A DNA stretch of 64,000 bases from Clostridiales bacterium (GCA_004558825.1 SFDB01000004.1:52678-116677), one strand, 5' to 3'; shown: positions 19,633-29,122, numbered from the stretch's first letter. The notes: a model not told the origin generated them from the letters alone. Translations and numbers: made by a program.

Positions 19633-20076
19633 ATGGATTTTGACCTCGTTCCCGCAACGGAAAATGAACGCGCGTTTATATACGCGCTTTACCGCGACTG
19701 CATGAAGCCCTTTTACGAGAGCTTCTCTTCGTGGGACGAATCGGAGCGCAGGAGGCGCTTTGACGAGGATTTTGACGGAGAAAACATATCGCTCATAGCG
19801 CTGGAGGACTTTGCGCTCGGATATGTAGATCTGCGCGAAAGCGACGATGATATAACCATCGCGGAGCTTCATATAGTTCCGTCCGCACGCAAAAACGGCA
19901 TAGGTACGGCCGTGCTCGACGACATTTGCGGCTTTTCCGATATGCGCGGCATAAGCATAAACGGCAAGTGCTTCAAAACCGACGAGTCGATGATACGCGT
20001 ATTTGAGAAATGCGGCTTCGTACGCAGCGGTGAAACCGACTGTGAATATATATACGCGCGGGAGCCGGTGCAGTAA
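19633..20076 (+). CDS. GNAT family N-acetyltransferase
   Basis: 147 aa with the acetyl-CoA loop ARKNGIGTA. RBS AAGGAGG is present. A TGcTATAAT extended -10 lies upstream (about 19598-19606). Confidence 0.75.
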   Translation: MDFDLVPATENERAFIYALYRDCMKPFYESFSSWDESERRRRFDEDFDGENISLIALEDFALGYVDLRESDDDITIAELHIVPSARKNGIGTAVLDDICGFSDMRGISINGKCFKTDESMIRVFEKCGFVRSGETDCEYIYAREPVQ

Positions 20077-21086
20077 TGTGTGCGCTTTATATTGCGCTGT
20101 GTGCGTTCGCACTGTTCGCCGCGCTGCCGTTTTTAATATGCGCCGTATCGTATCGCTATGTGTTCGGCGGCAGAACGGATAAGCACCACTATGGGCTCCA
20201 CCCTGTTTTAAACGATTTTCCGGGACTCGAACGCGAAAACTTCTCCGTTGACGACGGGAGAGGGGCGCGCCTTTCGGCGTTCATCTATAAAAGGCCGGCC
20301 GTGGAGCAGCTCAATATCGTTGCCGTCGTAGCGCACGGACTCGGCGGAATGCACGATGATTATCTCAACGTTATCGACCGCTTCGCATGCGACGGCTTCA
20401 CAGTTGTATCGTACGATAATACAGGCTGCGGCGCAAGCGAAGGCAAGAACAGGATCGGGCTGACGCACAGCGCCGTCGATCTTTGCCGCGTGCTGGACTC
20501 ACTGCGCCGAATCGAGAGCTTCGCCCATGTACCCGTATGCCTTTTCGGTCACAGCTGGGGCGGCTATGCCGTGTGCGCAGCGCTCGGCTCAAGAAACGAT
20601 ATCGCGGCAGTCGCATCATGCTCGGGCTTTGACTCGTCGCGTAAGATTCTCGCGGAAAAAGCGGCAATCATACTTACGCCTGCGGGTGCAAGGCTGCTCG
20701 CGCCGTATTTTTCACTGTTGGAGCTCATTCGGCTCGGTAAGGGCTCCCGCGTTACCGCCTCGGAATCGATAAGCCGTTCAAACGCGCATGTGCTTCTGCT
20801 CCACAGCATCGACGACGCGATGGTTGGCTACGGTTCGAGCATTGCGGCATGCTTTGCGCACATAAAAAACGAAAACGTGTACGCCCATGTATTTTCGGAC
20901 AGAAGACATCATGTTTTTTATTCCGATAAAAGCATCGAGACGCGGCGCAGGCTCAACGCGCTCATACGGAAACACAAACATATGGATTTTCCGTATACAC
21001 TCGACGATATATATGGGCTCGACACAAGAATAATGGTCGAAATTACTAACCTTTTCGTTCGCGTATGCAAAGCTTCGGAGGTATAA
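20076..21086 (+). CDS. Membrane-anchored alpha/beta hydrolase
   Basis: 336 aa with an N-terminal TM helix, the nucleophile elbow GHSWGG and a late Asp/His. Confidence 0.7.
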   Translation: MCALYIALCAFALFAALPFLICAVSYRYVFGGRTDKHHYGLHPVLNDFPGLERENFSVDDGRGARLSAFIYKRPAVEQLNIVAVVAHGLGGMHDDYLNVIDRFACDGFTVVSYDNTGCGASEGKNRIGLTHSAVDLCRVLDSLRRIESFAHVPVCLFGHSWGGYAVCAALGSRNDIAAVASCSGFDSSRKILAEKAAIILTPAGARLLAPYFSLLELIRLGKGSRVTASESISRSNAHVLLLHSIDDAMVGYGSSIAACFAHIKNENVYAHVFSDRRHHVFYSDKSIETRRRLNALIRKHKHMDFPYTLDDIYGLDTRIMVEITNLFVRVCKASEV

Positions 21087-21087
21087 C

Positions 21088-22023
21088 ATGGAATTTTTAA
21101 GGCTGCTGGAATCCATCAGGACTCCTTTTTTCGACACGCTGTTCAGTCTTATTTCGCTCCTTGGCGAGGAGACGATATTCATGCTTGTCGGTATCGTGGT
21201 TATATGGTGCTTCGACAAGAAATGGGGCTTCAGGCTTTTCCTCGCGGGGCTCTTCAGCAGCACGCTGAACCAGCTTTTGAAGGCCATATTTCTCATACCG
21301 CGCCCTTGGGTTCAGGACCACGATTTCACGATAGTCGAATCCGCACGCGCGGGCGCGACGGGCTATTCGTTTCCGAGCGGCCACTCACAGGGTTCGGCAA
21401 GCCTTTACTATACGCTTGCCGCATGGATGCGCAAGCGTTGGAGTACGATCGTGTGTACAGCGCTAATAGCCCTGATATGCTTTTCAAGGTTATATCTCGG
21501 AGTTCACACGCCGCTTGACGTCCTCGTCGGGTTGACGCTCGGTCTCCTGTCCGCCGCCGTGCTCTGTTATCTTTTTAACAGATTTGACGGCAATAAGCGC
21601 GCCACTGTAATAATCGGGCTCTCACTGCTTGTCGTCTGCATACTCACAACGTGCTATGTTCTTTTCTCCCCCGCGCGTGAAGCAAGCGTGGCGGAATTTG
21701 ACAGGCACGGTCAGGAGAACATATGCACAATACTCGGCGCAATGATGGGACTCTGCGTCTCATGGTATATCGATGAGCGCTATACGAATTTCGATGTCAA
21801 AGCCGTATGGTGGGCTCAGATACTTAAATGCATTGTAGGCGCAGGCATAATACTCACCGTCCGCATAGCACTTAAAGCCCCGATGAACGCGCTTTTCAAC
21901 GGCCTGCCCATCGCAAACACGGTGCGCTATTTCATCATCGTAATAGTGGGCGTCGTTATTTACCCGCTTACGTTCAAGCTGTGGGCGCGGCTCGGTGCAA
22001 AAAAGGCGGACAATGCAAATTAG
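21088..22023 (+). CDS. PAP2 superfamily phosphatase with extra C-terminal membrane domain
   Basis: Carries the three PAP2 motifs: KxxxxxxRP (KAIFLIPRP), PSGH and SRLYLGVHTPLD. Confidence 0.78.
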   Translation: MEFLRLLESIRTPFFDTLFSLISLLGEETIFMLVGIVVIWCFDKKWGFRLFLAGLFSSTLNQLLKAIFLIPRPWVQDHDFTIVESARAGATGYSFPSGHSQGSASLYYTLAAWMRKRWSTIVCTALIALICFSRLYLGVHTPLDVLVGLTLGLLSAAVLCYLFNRFDGNKRATVIIGLSLLVVCILTTCYVLFSPAREASVAEFDRHGQENICTILGAMMGLCVSWYIDERYTNFDVKAVWWAQILKCIVGAGIILTVRIALKAPMNALFNGLPIANTVRYFIIVIVGVVIYPLTFKLWARLGAKKADNAN

Positions 22024-22102
22024 CGGTGTTTTTTGAAGCTTGAATGCAGCATCATATCCTCTCGATGCATAGAATAGAAAAACAACGATTGGAGATGATG
22101 TT

Positions 22103-23182
22103 TTGAAAAAGCTAAAGGTTGGCGTCCTCGGCGCTACCGGCACTGTCGGACGTCGTTTTGTTTCTCTTCTTGCGGGACATCCGTGGTTTGAGCTGTCATT
22201 GCTTGCGGCAAGCCCGCGTTCCGAAGGCAAAACGTACGCAGAAGCCGTTTCGGGCAAGCAGCCGCCGGATTTTGAGCTGCCCGAATCAGTGCGCGGCATG
22301 ACCGTGCATTCCGTCGAAAATGCAGGCTTCATAGCAGACAACGTGGATTTCGTATTCTGTGCTCTCAACATGGATAAGGCTTCCGTAAAAGAGCTCGAGG
22401 AGCGTTACGCGCGTCTTGAATGCCCTGTCATTTCAAACAACAGCGCCCACAGATTGACGGACGACGTGCCCATGATTATACCCGAATTGAATCCGGAGCA
22501 CGCGGACATAATTCACGCGCAGCGGCGCAGGTTAAACACCAATCGCGGCTTCATCGCCGTCAAGTCAAACTGCTCTATTCAAAGCTACGTCCCCATGCTC
22601 TACCCGCTTCATAAGCTCTACGGCCTTAAAAGCGCCGTTGTGTCTACATATCAAGCGGTATCGGGAGCAGGTCGAACGCTCGCCTCCTTCCCCGAGATAA
22701 ACGACAACGTGATACCGTATATAGGCGGCGAGGAGGAAAAAAGCGAGCTTGAGCCTCTCAAGGTGTTCGGCCGTATTGACGGCGACAGGATAGTTCCGGA
22801 TACGCGCCCGAAAATATCGGCGCACTGCTTCCGCGTACCCGTAAGCGACGGACACACCGCCTCGGTATTCGCATCTTTCAACATGAAACCGGAGCTCGAT
22901 GAAATAAGAGAGACGTGGGAGAGCTTTAGCGCGCTCGACGTAATGCTTCCCTCAGCTCCGGAAAGGTTCATACGTTATATCGACGGGCTCGATAGACCTC
23001 AGCCAAAACTTGACAGGGACGCAGGCGGCGGCATGACCGTATCCGTAGGCAGGCTCGAACGCGACAGTCAATTCGATATAAGCTTTGTAGGGCTTTCGCA
23101 CAACACTTTGCGCGGCGCCGCAGGCGGAGCAGTGCTTCTTGCGGAGCTCTTGACGCATTACGGTTTTATTGACGCAAAATAG
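22103..23182 (+). CDS. asd: Aspartate-semialdehyde dehydrogenase
   Basis: 359 aa. TTG start with GGAG upstream. NAD-binding motif GATGTVGRR and active-site SNCS. Confidence 0.92.
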   Translation: MKKLKVGVLGATGTVGRRFVSLLAGHPWFELSLLAASPRSEGKTYAEAVSGKQPPDFELPESVRGMTVHSVENAGFIADNVDFVFCALNMDKASVKELEERYARLECPVISNNSAHRLTDDVPMIIPELNPEHADIIHAQRRRLNTNRGFIAVKSNCSIQSYVPMLYPLHKLYGLKSAVVSTYQAVSGAGRTLASFPEINDNVIPYIGGEEEKSELEPLKVFGRIDGDRIVPDTRPKISAHCFRVPVSDGHTASVFASFNMKPELDEIRETWESFSALDVMLPSAPERFIRYIDGLDRPQPKLDRDAGGGMTVSVGRLERDSQFDISFVGLSHNTLRGAAGGAVLLAELLTHYGFIDAK

Positions 23183-23195
23183 GAGGTATCGCAAA

Positions 23196-24092
23196 ATGTG
23201 CACAAAAAAAGTTCTTCCCTTCACAGGCTCGGCTACCGCAATCGTAACGCCCATGCGCTATGACGGTGAAATCGACTACGCCGCCTTTGAACGGCTCATC
23301 GAGTTTCAAATATCAAACGGCTCCGATGCACTCGTAATATGCGGAACGACCGGAGAAAGTGCTACGCTTGACGACCACGAAAAATCCGAACTTACGCGCT
23401 TGGGTGTAAGAGCCGTAGATTCACGCGTACCCGTAATCGTGGGCACCGGCAGCAACAGCACTCGCCACAGCATTGAGTTGTCAAAGGAGGCTTACGAACT
23501 CGGCGCCGACGCGCTCCTGCTTGTTACGCCATACTACAATAAAACATCGCAGGATGGCCTTGTGCGCCATTTTGAAGCTGTTGCCGACAGTACGCCTCTG
23601 CCCGTTATTCTCTACAGCGTTCCGTCACGCACGGGCGTGAACATAACCCCGGAAACATGTCAAAGACTCAAGACTCATGAGCGTATATGCGCCATAAAGG
23701 AAGCCTCAGGCGACATATCTCAGATAGCACGGATTCGTGCGCTCTGCGGCGACGAGCTGTACGTCTATTCGGGCAACGACGACCAAACGCTGCCAATACT
23801 CTCGTTAGGCGGCAAAGGCGTGATATCTGTTTTTTCAAATATATGCCCGCGTGTAAGCCATGATATATGCGCGCTATGGAACGATGGCAAAGCATCCGAC
23901 GCCGCCGCGCTTTTCCTTGACTATCTCGACCTGATGAACGCGCTCTTTTGCGACGTAAACCCTCTACCCGTCAAGGAGGCGCTGAACATAATGGGGTTTG
24001 CCGTGGGCAAATGTCGTGCGCCTCTTTACGATGTTTCGCAAAAGGCTTCCGACGCTTTGATATCTGCCATGAGCCGTCATGGGCTTATATGA
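23196..24092 (+). CDS. dapA: 4-hydroxy-tetrahydrodipicolinate synthase
   Basis: The ATG at 23196 lies 10 nt after AGGAGG. GTTGES and other DapA family motifs are present. Confidence 0.93.
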   Translation: MCTKKVLPFTGSATAIVTPMRYDGEIDYAAFERLIEFQISNGSDALVICGTTGESATLDDHEKSELTRLGVRAVDSRVPVIVGTGSNSTRHSIELSKEAYELGADALLLVTPYYNKTSQDGLVRHFEAVADSTPLPVILYSVPSRTGVNITPETCQRLKTHERICAIKEASGDISQIARIRALCGDELYVYSGNDDQTLPILSLGGKGVISVFSNICPRVSHDICALWNDGKASDAAALFLDYLDLMNALFCDVNPLPVKEALNIMGFAVGKCRAPLYDVSQKASDALISAMSRHGLI

Positions 24093-24113
24093 TTTTCTTC
24101 TGTATTAAACCTT

Positions 24114-24134
24114 GCCCGAGTTTTCGGGCTTTTA
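24114..24134 (+). terminator. Intrinsic terminator of dapA
   Basis: The hairpin GCCCGA-GTTT-TCGGGC is followed by TTTT. Confidence 0.6.
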
Positions 24135-24140
24135 ACAGGG

Positions 24141-24169
24141 TGAGGGCTTCCGCGGAGCGGAAGCCCTCA
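24141..24169. terminator. 13-bp perfect hairpin between convergent dapA and aspartokinase genes
   Basis: The stem is TGAGGGCTTCCGC-GGA-GCGGAAGCCCTCA. There is no clear T-run on either side. Confidence 0.45.
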
Positions 24170-24198
24170 GCTTGTCGACAGCCCTCTTCACCTTTCGC

Positions 24199-25410
24199 CT
24201 ACCGTTCTTCCTTCTTCCCGAAAAAAGCGCTGTTCAGGCGTTTTTCCGCTTCCTGAGCCATGAAGCGCGGAATTATCACGGATATGCGTATCTCCCCCGT
24301 CGTTATATATCTTGGATGGATATCGAGTGCGTTAAGCTCGCTGAGCATGACTGCCGCAACACTGCAGCTGTCGGCAAGTCCCAGGCCGACGGCCGATATT
24401 TTTGCCATGTTATACTCGGCCGTTATTAAGTCGAATCCTATCTCGTCCTTCTTAGCATTTATCACATCGCTGATCCATCCGCAAATATGGCTTGCGACCG
24501 AAAAGCACACCGTTCCCGTACTTTTATCTGAGCCTTGCGAACGTATTATGACGTCGATAGGTATATTTTTGTCGGCAAGCAGCTCAAAAAGGCGGCATGT
24601 GCTTTCGCCGCATTCAATACCGCTCACGGTTATCATAGCTATGTTGCTGTCGCAAACTATACCGGTAACGTCCTTTTTTGCCGCAAATTTGCGTATCTTT
24701 GTGCCGCTTTTGTCGTCAAAGCTTGAACGCACTTCAAACTCCACGCCGTTCCTTTTCGCCATGCTCACGGAACGGTTGTGGAGCACCTTTGCGCCGAGCG
24801 AGCTCATCTCGAGCATCTCGTCATAGCTTATCTCATCGTGCTTCACGGCGTCGGAAGCTACGCTCGGATTCGCAGAAAACACACCGCTCACATCGGTGTA
24901 TATATAGCAGATATCCGCTCCGAGCGCCGCCGCAAGCGCTATCGCCGTCGTATCAGACCCTCCGCGTCCGAGCGTCGTTATATCATTCTCGCAATCTACG
25001 CCCTGAAACCCCGCCACAACGACAACGTTTCCCTTGTCAAGCTCGCTTATTATGCGCTCCGCGTTTACATCGGTTATGGAGGCGTTTCCATGGTTCGCGT
25101 CCGTCATTATACCCGCCTGCCATCCAAGAAGCGATACCGCGGCGCAACCCTCGGCGTTTAGCTTCATTGCAACAAGCGACGAAGACATCTGTTCCCCCGC
25201 GCTCAAAAGCACGTCGTTCTCACGCGGCTGAACCATATCGGAAACGCTTTTACCTTTTTCGATAAGCGCGTCCGTCGTTTTTCCCTGTGCCGACACAACG
25301 ACTACGGCTCGGTTGCCCTCCGCCACCTTATTCATGATTATTTGAGCAACGTTTTCTATCCTATCGTTCGTCGCAAGCGACGAACCGCCGAATTTCATAA
25401 CAATAAGCAT
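24199..25410 (-). CDS. Aspartate kinase (monofunctional, ACT-domain type; DapG/LysC class)
   Basis: 403 aa with the N-terminal motif KFGGSS and C-terminal ACT repeats. RBS AAGGAG is present. The position next to spoVF recalls the Bacillus spoVF-asd-dapG-dapA arrangement. Confidence 0.93.
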   Translation of the reverse strand: MLIVMKFGGSSLATNDRIENVAQIIMNKVAEGNRAVVVVSAQGKTTDALIEKGKSVSDMVQPRENDVLLSAGEQMSSSLVAMKLNAEGCAAVSLLGWQAGIMTDANHGNASITDVNAERIISELDKGNVVVVAGFQGVDCENDITTLGRGGSDTTAIALAAALGADICYIYTDVSGVFSANPSVASDAVKHDEISYDEMLEMSSLGAKVLHNRSVSMAKRNGVEFEVRSSFDDKSGTKIRKFAAKKDVTGIVCDSNIAMITVSGIECGESTCRLFELLADKNIPIDVIIRSQGSDKSTGTVCFSVASHICGWISDVINAKKDEIGFDLITAEYNMAKISAVGLGLADSCSVAAVMLSELNALDIHPRYITTGEIRISVIIPRFMAQEAEKRLNSAFFGKKEER

Positions 25411-25499
25411 ATTTTACTCCTTTTCGTATAGATATATTGGCAATATATTCATTAAGTAAAAATGCTGATAATGAAAATCGGAGCGAATTTACAGGCAGT

Positions 25500-25760
25500 G
25501 CGTTTTACGTCACACTTGACAATACCTTCATATGTCGTCTTTGACGCGCCGTCCCGGGAAAGCGGCTCATTGGGGAAAAGCGGCTGACAGGCCGCCTCAG
25601 CCTGTCAATCAACCCCGGGGTTGATAAGAGGCCGCAGCCCCTTATGTTCAATCCGGCTCTGACGACATGTGCTTCAGAACGGATAAAAACCCGGAGGTTT
25701 TCGCACTTTGCGGGTTTCGCCGCCCGGGAGCGAATGCGGGAGAGGCGAAAACCGTAAAAA
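25500..25760 (-). other. GC-rich multi-hairpin intergenic block of unknown function
   Basis: An 8-bp closing stem (ATGTCGTC at 25532-25539, GACGACAT at 25661-25668) encloses two hairpins: 25582-25602 and the palindrome at 25608-25625. Two further hairpins are mutually exclusive: 25687-25717 versus 25713-25753. Confidence 0.4.
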
Positions 25761-25761
25761 C

Positions 25762-25792
25762 TCGAAAAAGTGGTTAAACGCCACTTTTTCGA
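25762..25792. terminator. Terminator hairpin after spoVFB, near-identical to the one at 1395-1425
   Basis: 12-bp stem TCGAAAAAGTGG / CCACTTTTTCGA with a 7-nt loop. Confidence 0.6.
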
Positions 25793-25840
25793 CAGTCTTA
25801 AGCGGCCGGCAGGCCGCTTCTTTAATTCTCCTGCAGCGTC

Positions 25841-26416
25841 TTAAAACAACTGCGGCTGAAGCCGTTTTCCCTCAAGAGCCGCCTCGGCGGCGGGCACAAG
25901 CTTTGTCATGTCTGCGATTATAGACGTCGGCTTGTTTTCAGCATCGTCCTGACCGAACGGTACAAAATACACGTTCCTCACGCTCATAAGCCCGCCGATG
26001 TTTTTCGCGCTCTGCGAAAGCCCGTCATTTGTAGCCGGAGCCAAAAGAAGAGGCCGCGAATTGCGAAGGTGTGACTTGCACGCCATAAGCACGGGCGTAT
26101 CCGTTATACCGTTATTTAGCTTTGCAAGCGTATTCCCCGTGCATGGCATTACAATCATGAGGTCGAGCAGCTTTTTCGGCCCTATCGGCTCTGCTTCGGG
26201 TATAGTGGTTATCGCTTTCGCTCCGCAGATTTCCTCTATCTCGTCCCTGAATTCCTTTGCCGTGCCAAAGCGCGTATCCATCGTCGAAACGGAATACGAC
26301 AGCACCGGTATTATTCTGCACCCAGTAAGCGCAAGCTCACGCATCGCCCTTATCGATTCCCGCATAGTGCAAAAGGAACCTGTAAAGCCGTATCCTATCG
26401 TCTTATTCTCCAGCAT
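25841..26416 (-). CDS. spoVFB: Dipicolinate synthase subunit B
   Basis: Flavoprotein-like sequence (GFTGSFCT...MPCTGNT..KL..GI.DTP). The ATG at 26416 has GGAGG 8 nt upstream. Confidence 0.9.
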   Translation of the reverse strand: MLENKTIGYGFTGSFCTMRESIRAMRELALTGCRIIPVLSYSVSTMDTRFGTAKEFRDEIEEICGAKAITTIPEAEPIGPKKLLDLMIVMPCTGNTLAKLNNGITDTPVLMACKSHLRNSRPLLLAPATNDGLSQSAKNIGGLMSVRNVYFVPFGQDDAENKPTSIIADMTKLVPAAEAALEGKRLQPQLF

Positions 26417-26417
26417 T

Positions 26418-27260
26418 TCAAACCTCCAAAAGCTTATTTTCCACCGAATCCGCAAGGTACACCGCCGCGCTGTACGGAGCGCCCTTCGCGGGTATCCCGG
26501 CCGCCACTATCGAGTTTAGGCCTATCTTAGAAGCATATTCGGCATCAAAGCCATATGGGCTCGACGCAAGCTCAATAAGAAGCGTACCCTTTTTTAAGCG
26601 TTCAAGCTGTTTGTTCGATATTATCCTTGCGGGAACGGTATTCACAACGATTTCGCAGTCAAGCAGCGCCTCGTCGTCCTCGCCGAGCCTGTGCGTGCCG
26701 TATCTTGCCGCATTTGCAATATCTATTGGATTGCGTGCCCAAACGTGTACACGCACACCGAGCGCGTAGAGCATTGCCGAAAGCGACTTTGCTATTCTGC
26801 CGAATCCGAATATGGCAGCCGCCGCACCCTGAAGCACCTTATCCGTCTTTTCGAGCATGAGCATAAGTGCCCCTTCCGCCGTAGCGACGGCGTTTTTCAG
26901 TGCAAAAACCTCATCGTCCGCCGCATTAACGTAGCGCACGCCTTTCTTTTTGGCGAACGCATATACCTCATCCGCCTTCTGGCCGCCTGCCAGCGTCGCG
27001 CCCCTTGGCATTCGTTCCATGATTTCGCAAAGCGCGTCGGGTCTTTTTGCAGGCGAGACGATGAGCGCGTCGCATTCTCCAACAGCGCCGTCATATGCAG
27101 CGGCATCATACCCGCGCTCACGCATTATCGATTCGAGATACTTCATTCTGTCGTCTGATTTGTCAATAAGAAGCTTTATGCTAATCCCTCCTTTGGACGC
27201 TCTGAATAAAATATATGCATTTAAGCTGCAAGTTGCGAATACACCCATTGGATTGTTCAT
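26418..27260 (-). CDS. spoVFA: Dipicolinate synthase subunit A (start codon uncertain)
   Basis: Rossmann-type DpaA pattern. The ORF-track ATG at 27260 has no RBS. A strong GGAGGG (27186-27191) sits 6 nt before the in-frame ATA at 27179. Confidence 0.8.
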   Translation of the reverse strand: MNNPMGVFATCSLNAYILFRASKGGISIKLLIDKSDDRMKYLESIMRERGYDAAAYDGAVGECDALIVSPAKRPDALCEIMERMPRGATLAGGQKADEVYAFAKKKGVRYVNAADDEVFALKNAVATAEGALMLMLEKTDKVLQGAAAAIFGFGRIAKSLSAMLYALGVRVHVWARNPIDIANAARYGTHRLGEDDEALLDCEIVVNTVPARIISNKQLERLKKGTLLIELASSPYGFDAEYASKIGLNSIVAAGIPAKGAPYSAAVYLADSVENKLLEV

Positions 27261-27299
27261 TAAAATATATGGAATTCAAATTGAAACGTAAAAAGGAGA

Positions 27300-28382
27300 A
27301 TGGCTATGCATCAATGCAAACAATCGCATTATTTCCCGGGAAGTAACACGCGCGTCGGTTTCGTCGGCTTTTTCGATTCAATATTCGACCCATCGGAGCT
27401 AAAAAGGCTCTTTGTGCTCAAAGGCGGGCCCGGTGTCGGCAAGAGCACTCTCATGAAGCGCATAGCGTCGTTTGCATCGCAGCGCGGCATCGACGTTGAC
27501 TGCTATCATTGCTCGAGCGACCCGCAAAGCCTTGACGGCATAGTCCTGCGCGGCGTCAATATCGCGCTCGTGGACGGCACCGCGCCGCATATTGTTGATC
27601 CGAAGTTGCCCATCGCTTCTGATGAGCTTATCGACTTGGCCGCGGGATTGAAGAAAGAGCCGCTTATTAAGGCGCGCGATTCTGTGCAATACTTGCAAGA
27701 GGACATGAGAAGGCTGTTCAAAAAGGCGCATTCGCTTGTCGCAGCCGCCGATGAGTTGAAAGCGGCCGCTTCTGCGCTGTTCCGTTATGATAAACGCTCA
27801 ATGCTCTCGTTCATAAACGCTATGCTTCCAGACGTGTATTCCTACGCGCATACCGTTTCGCGTGCGGGTCGAAAAAAAGAGGTTTTTCTGTCTGCCGTAA
27901 CGCCCGATGGAATCGTCAGCCGCGCTGCGCAGACGCGCTGTACACAGCTCTGGATGCTGTCAGCGCCATGGGGGTTTGACTTAACCGAATGCTTTGATTT
28001 AATCGCGACGCATTGTTCACTCAACGGTGCTGAAGTCAAATTATGCCGCGACCCCATGAATGCCGCCCGCTCAAGCGGTGTAATCATTGCAGACGATCTG
28101 CTGATAACCTCCGAATTTGTAAACGGCTTGGATTATGACCGTCACATCGACTTAAACGGTTTTTTCTTTGACGATCCGGATGACAGCTACGTTCAAGCCA
28201 TGTACGATGAGCTTGCATCGAACGCCGTCACATGCCTGAACAGCGCGCGCGAGCTACATTCGCTTTTGGAATCGCCATACAGCGCCGCGATGGATTTCTC
28301 CGTCTGCGACAAAGCGTTTCAAGCAATAACATCTTTCATTTGCTCATGCTGTCCGTCACCCACGGCCGAATCTGGCAATTAG
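27300..28382 (+). CDS. Conserved uncharacterised P-loop ATPase (PRK06851-like)
   Basis: 360 aa. The sequence GGPGVGKSTLMKRI ... CSSDPQSLDG ... VDGTAPH matches my memory of the PRK06851 family. Confidence 0.7.
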   Translation: MAMHQCKQSHYFPGSNTRVGFVGFFDSIFDPSELKRLFVLKGGPGVGKSTLMKRIASFASQRGIDVDCYHCSSDPQSLDGIVLRGVNIALVDGTAPHIVDPKLPIASDELIDLAAGLKKEPLIKARDSVQYLQEDMRRLFKKAHSLVAAADELKAAASALFRYDKRSMLSFINAMLPDVYSYAHTVSRAGRKKEVFLSAVTPDGIVSRAAQTRCTQLWMLSAPWGFDLTECFDLIATHCSLNGAEVKLCRDPMNAARSSGVIIADDLLITSEFVNGLDYDRHIDLNGFFFDDPDDSYVQAMYDELASNAVTCLNSARELHSLLESPYSAAMDFSVCDKAFQAITSFICSCCPSPTAESGN

Positions 28383-29108
28383 CACGTTCGCTTTGCCCTT
28401 TTTACCGGTACCTGCCTTGCCGAGCAGCTTAAACCGCCCGAACCCGCGCACCGATACAATATCTTCATCCTTCGGCTCGCGGCTCGGGCTTTCGCATAGA
28501 ACCGCGTTCACATACACCCTGCCCTGTTTTATTAGTGAGGAGCTTTCCTCGCGCGATAAGCGATATACCTTTGCAACGAGCGCGTCAAGCCGAATCGACG
28601 CGACCTGTACGGTTATTTCGTGCGTCTCGTCCGTCATGTGCTCCGGAATACTATCGACTATTTCGCATTTTACGCTCGTCCGCGCCACGCTATCCACGCT
28701 CCGCGCTATAAATTCCTTCATTTCATCGCGGCAGAAAACGTATGCATCGCTTCCGTCTATCACTATGTCGCCAAGCTTTGACCTGTCAAGCCCTATGCTC
28801 ATCAGCGCCCCCAGATAATCCCTGTGCGACAGCTTCTGCGCAAATTTTGCGCTCCTAGGGCTTATCATGAGACAAGCTATCGGGAATTTCGCCGTATCAT
28901 CCGTGTCCGTCCCAAAGCGGGCGACTCGTCTCTCGCGCTCGCCTGCTCCGCCGTAAAGCAGGTACGGCGAATACAGCTCTTGCTTAACGCTCGCAAGCGT
29001 GCTCTGCTCCGCCATCGAAAGGAAATCCGTATAGATATCAGCGCCTGTATCGTACGCTCTTCTTGAAAGCTCGATAAGGCGCTTTTTTATGACTTCGTTA
29101 TCGGTCAT
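28356..29108 (-). CDS. ylmH: YlmH family RNA-binding (S4 domain) cell-division protein
   Basis: 250 aa with a C-terminal S4 domain, located directly downstream of ftsZ. Confidence 0.8.
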   Translation of the reverse strand: MTDNEVIKKRLIELSRRAYDTGADIYTDFLSMAEQSTLASVKQELYSPYLLYGGAGERERRVARFGTDTDDTAKFPIACLMISPRSAKFAQKLSHRDYLGALMSIGLDRSKLGDIVIDGSDAYVFCRDEMKEFIARSVDSVARTSVKCEIVDSIPEHMTDETHEITVQVASIRLDALVAKVYRLSREESSSLIKQGRVYVNAVLCESPSREPKDEDIVSVRGFGRFKLLGKAGTGKKGKANVLIARFGRG

Positions 29109-29122
29109 TATCGTTTATCGTA

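Noticed and set aside
25411-25800. Lysine (L-box) riboswitch upstream of the aspartokinase gene
   Set aside because: It was expected from gene context, but I could not find the conserved L-box cores (AGAGGCGC, GCCGAAG, five-helix layout). The spoVF-linked aspartokinase may be DapG-like, which is not L-box controlled. The region is reported as an unexplained structure instead. A cmscan run is needed to settle it.
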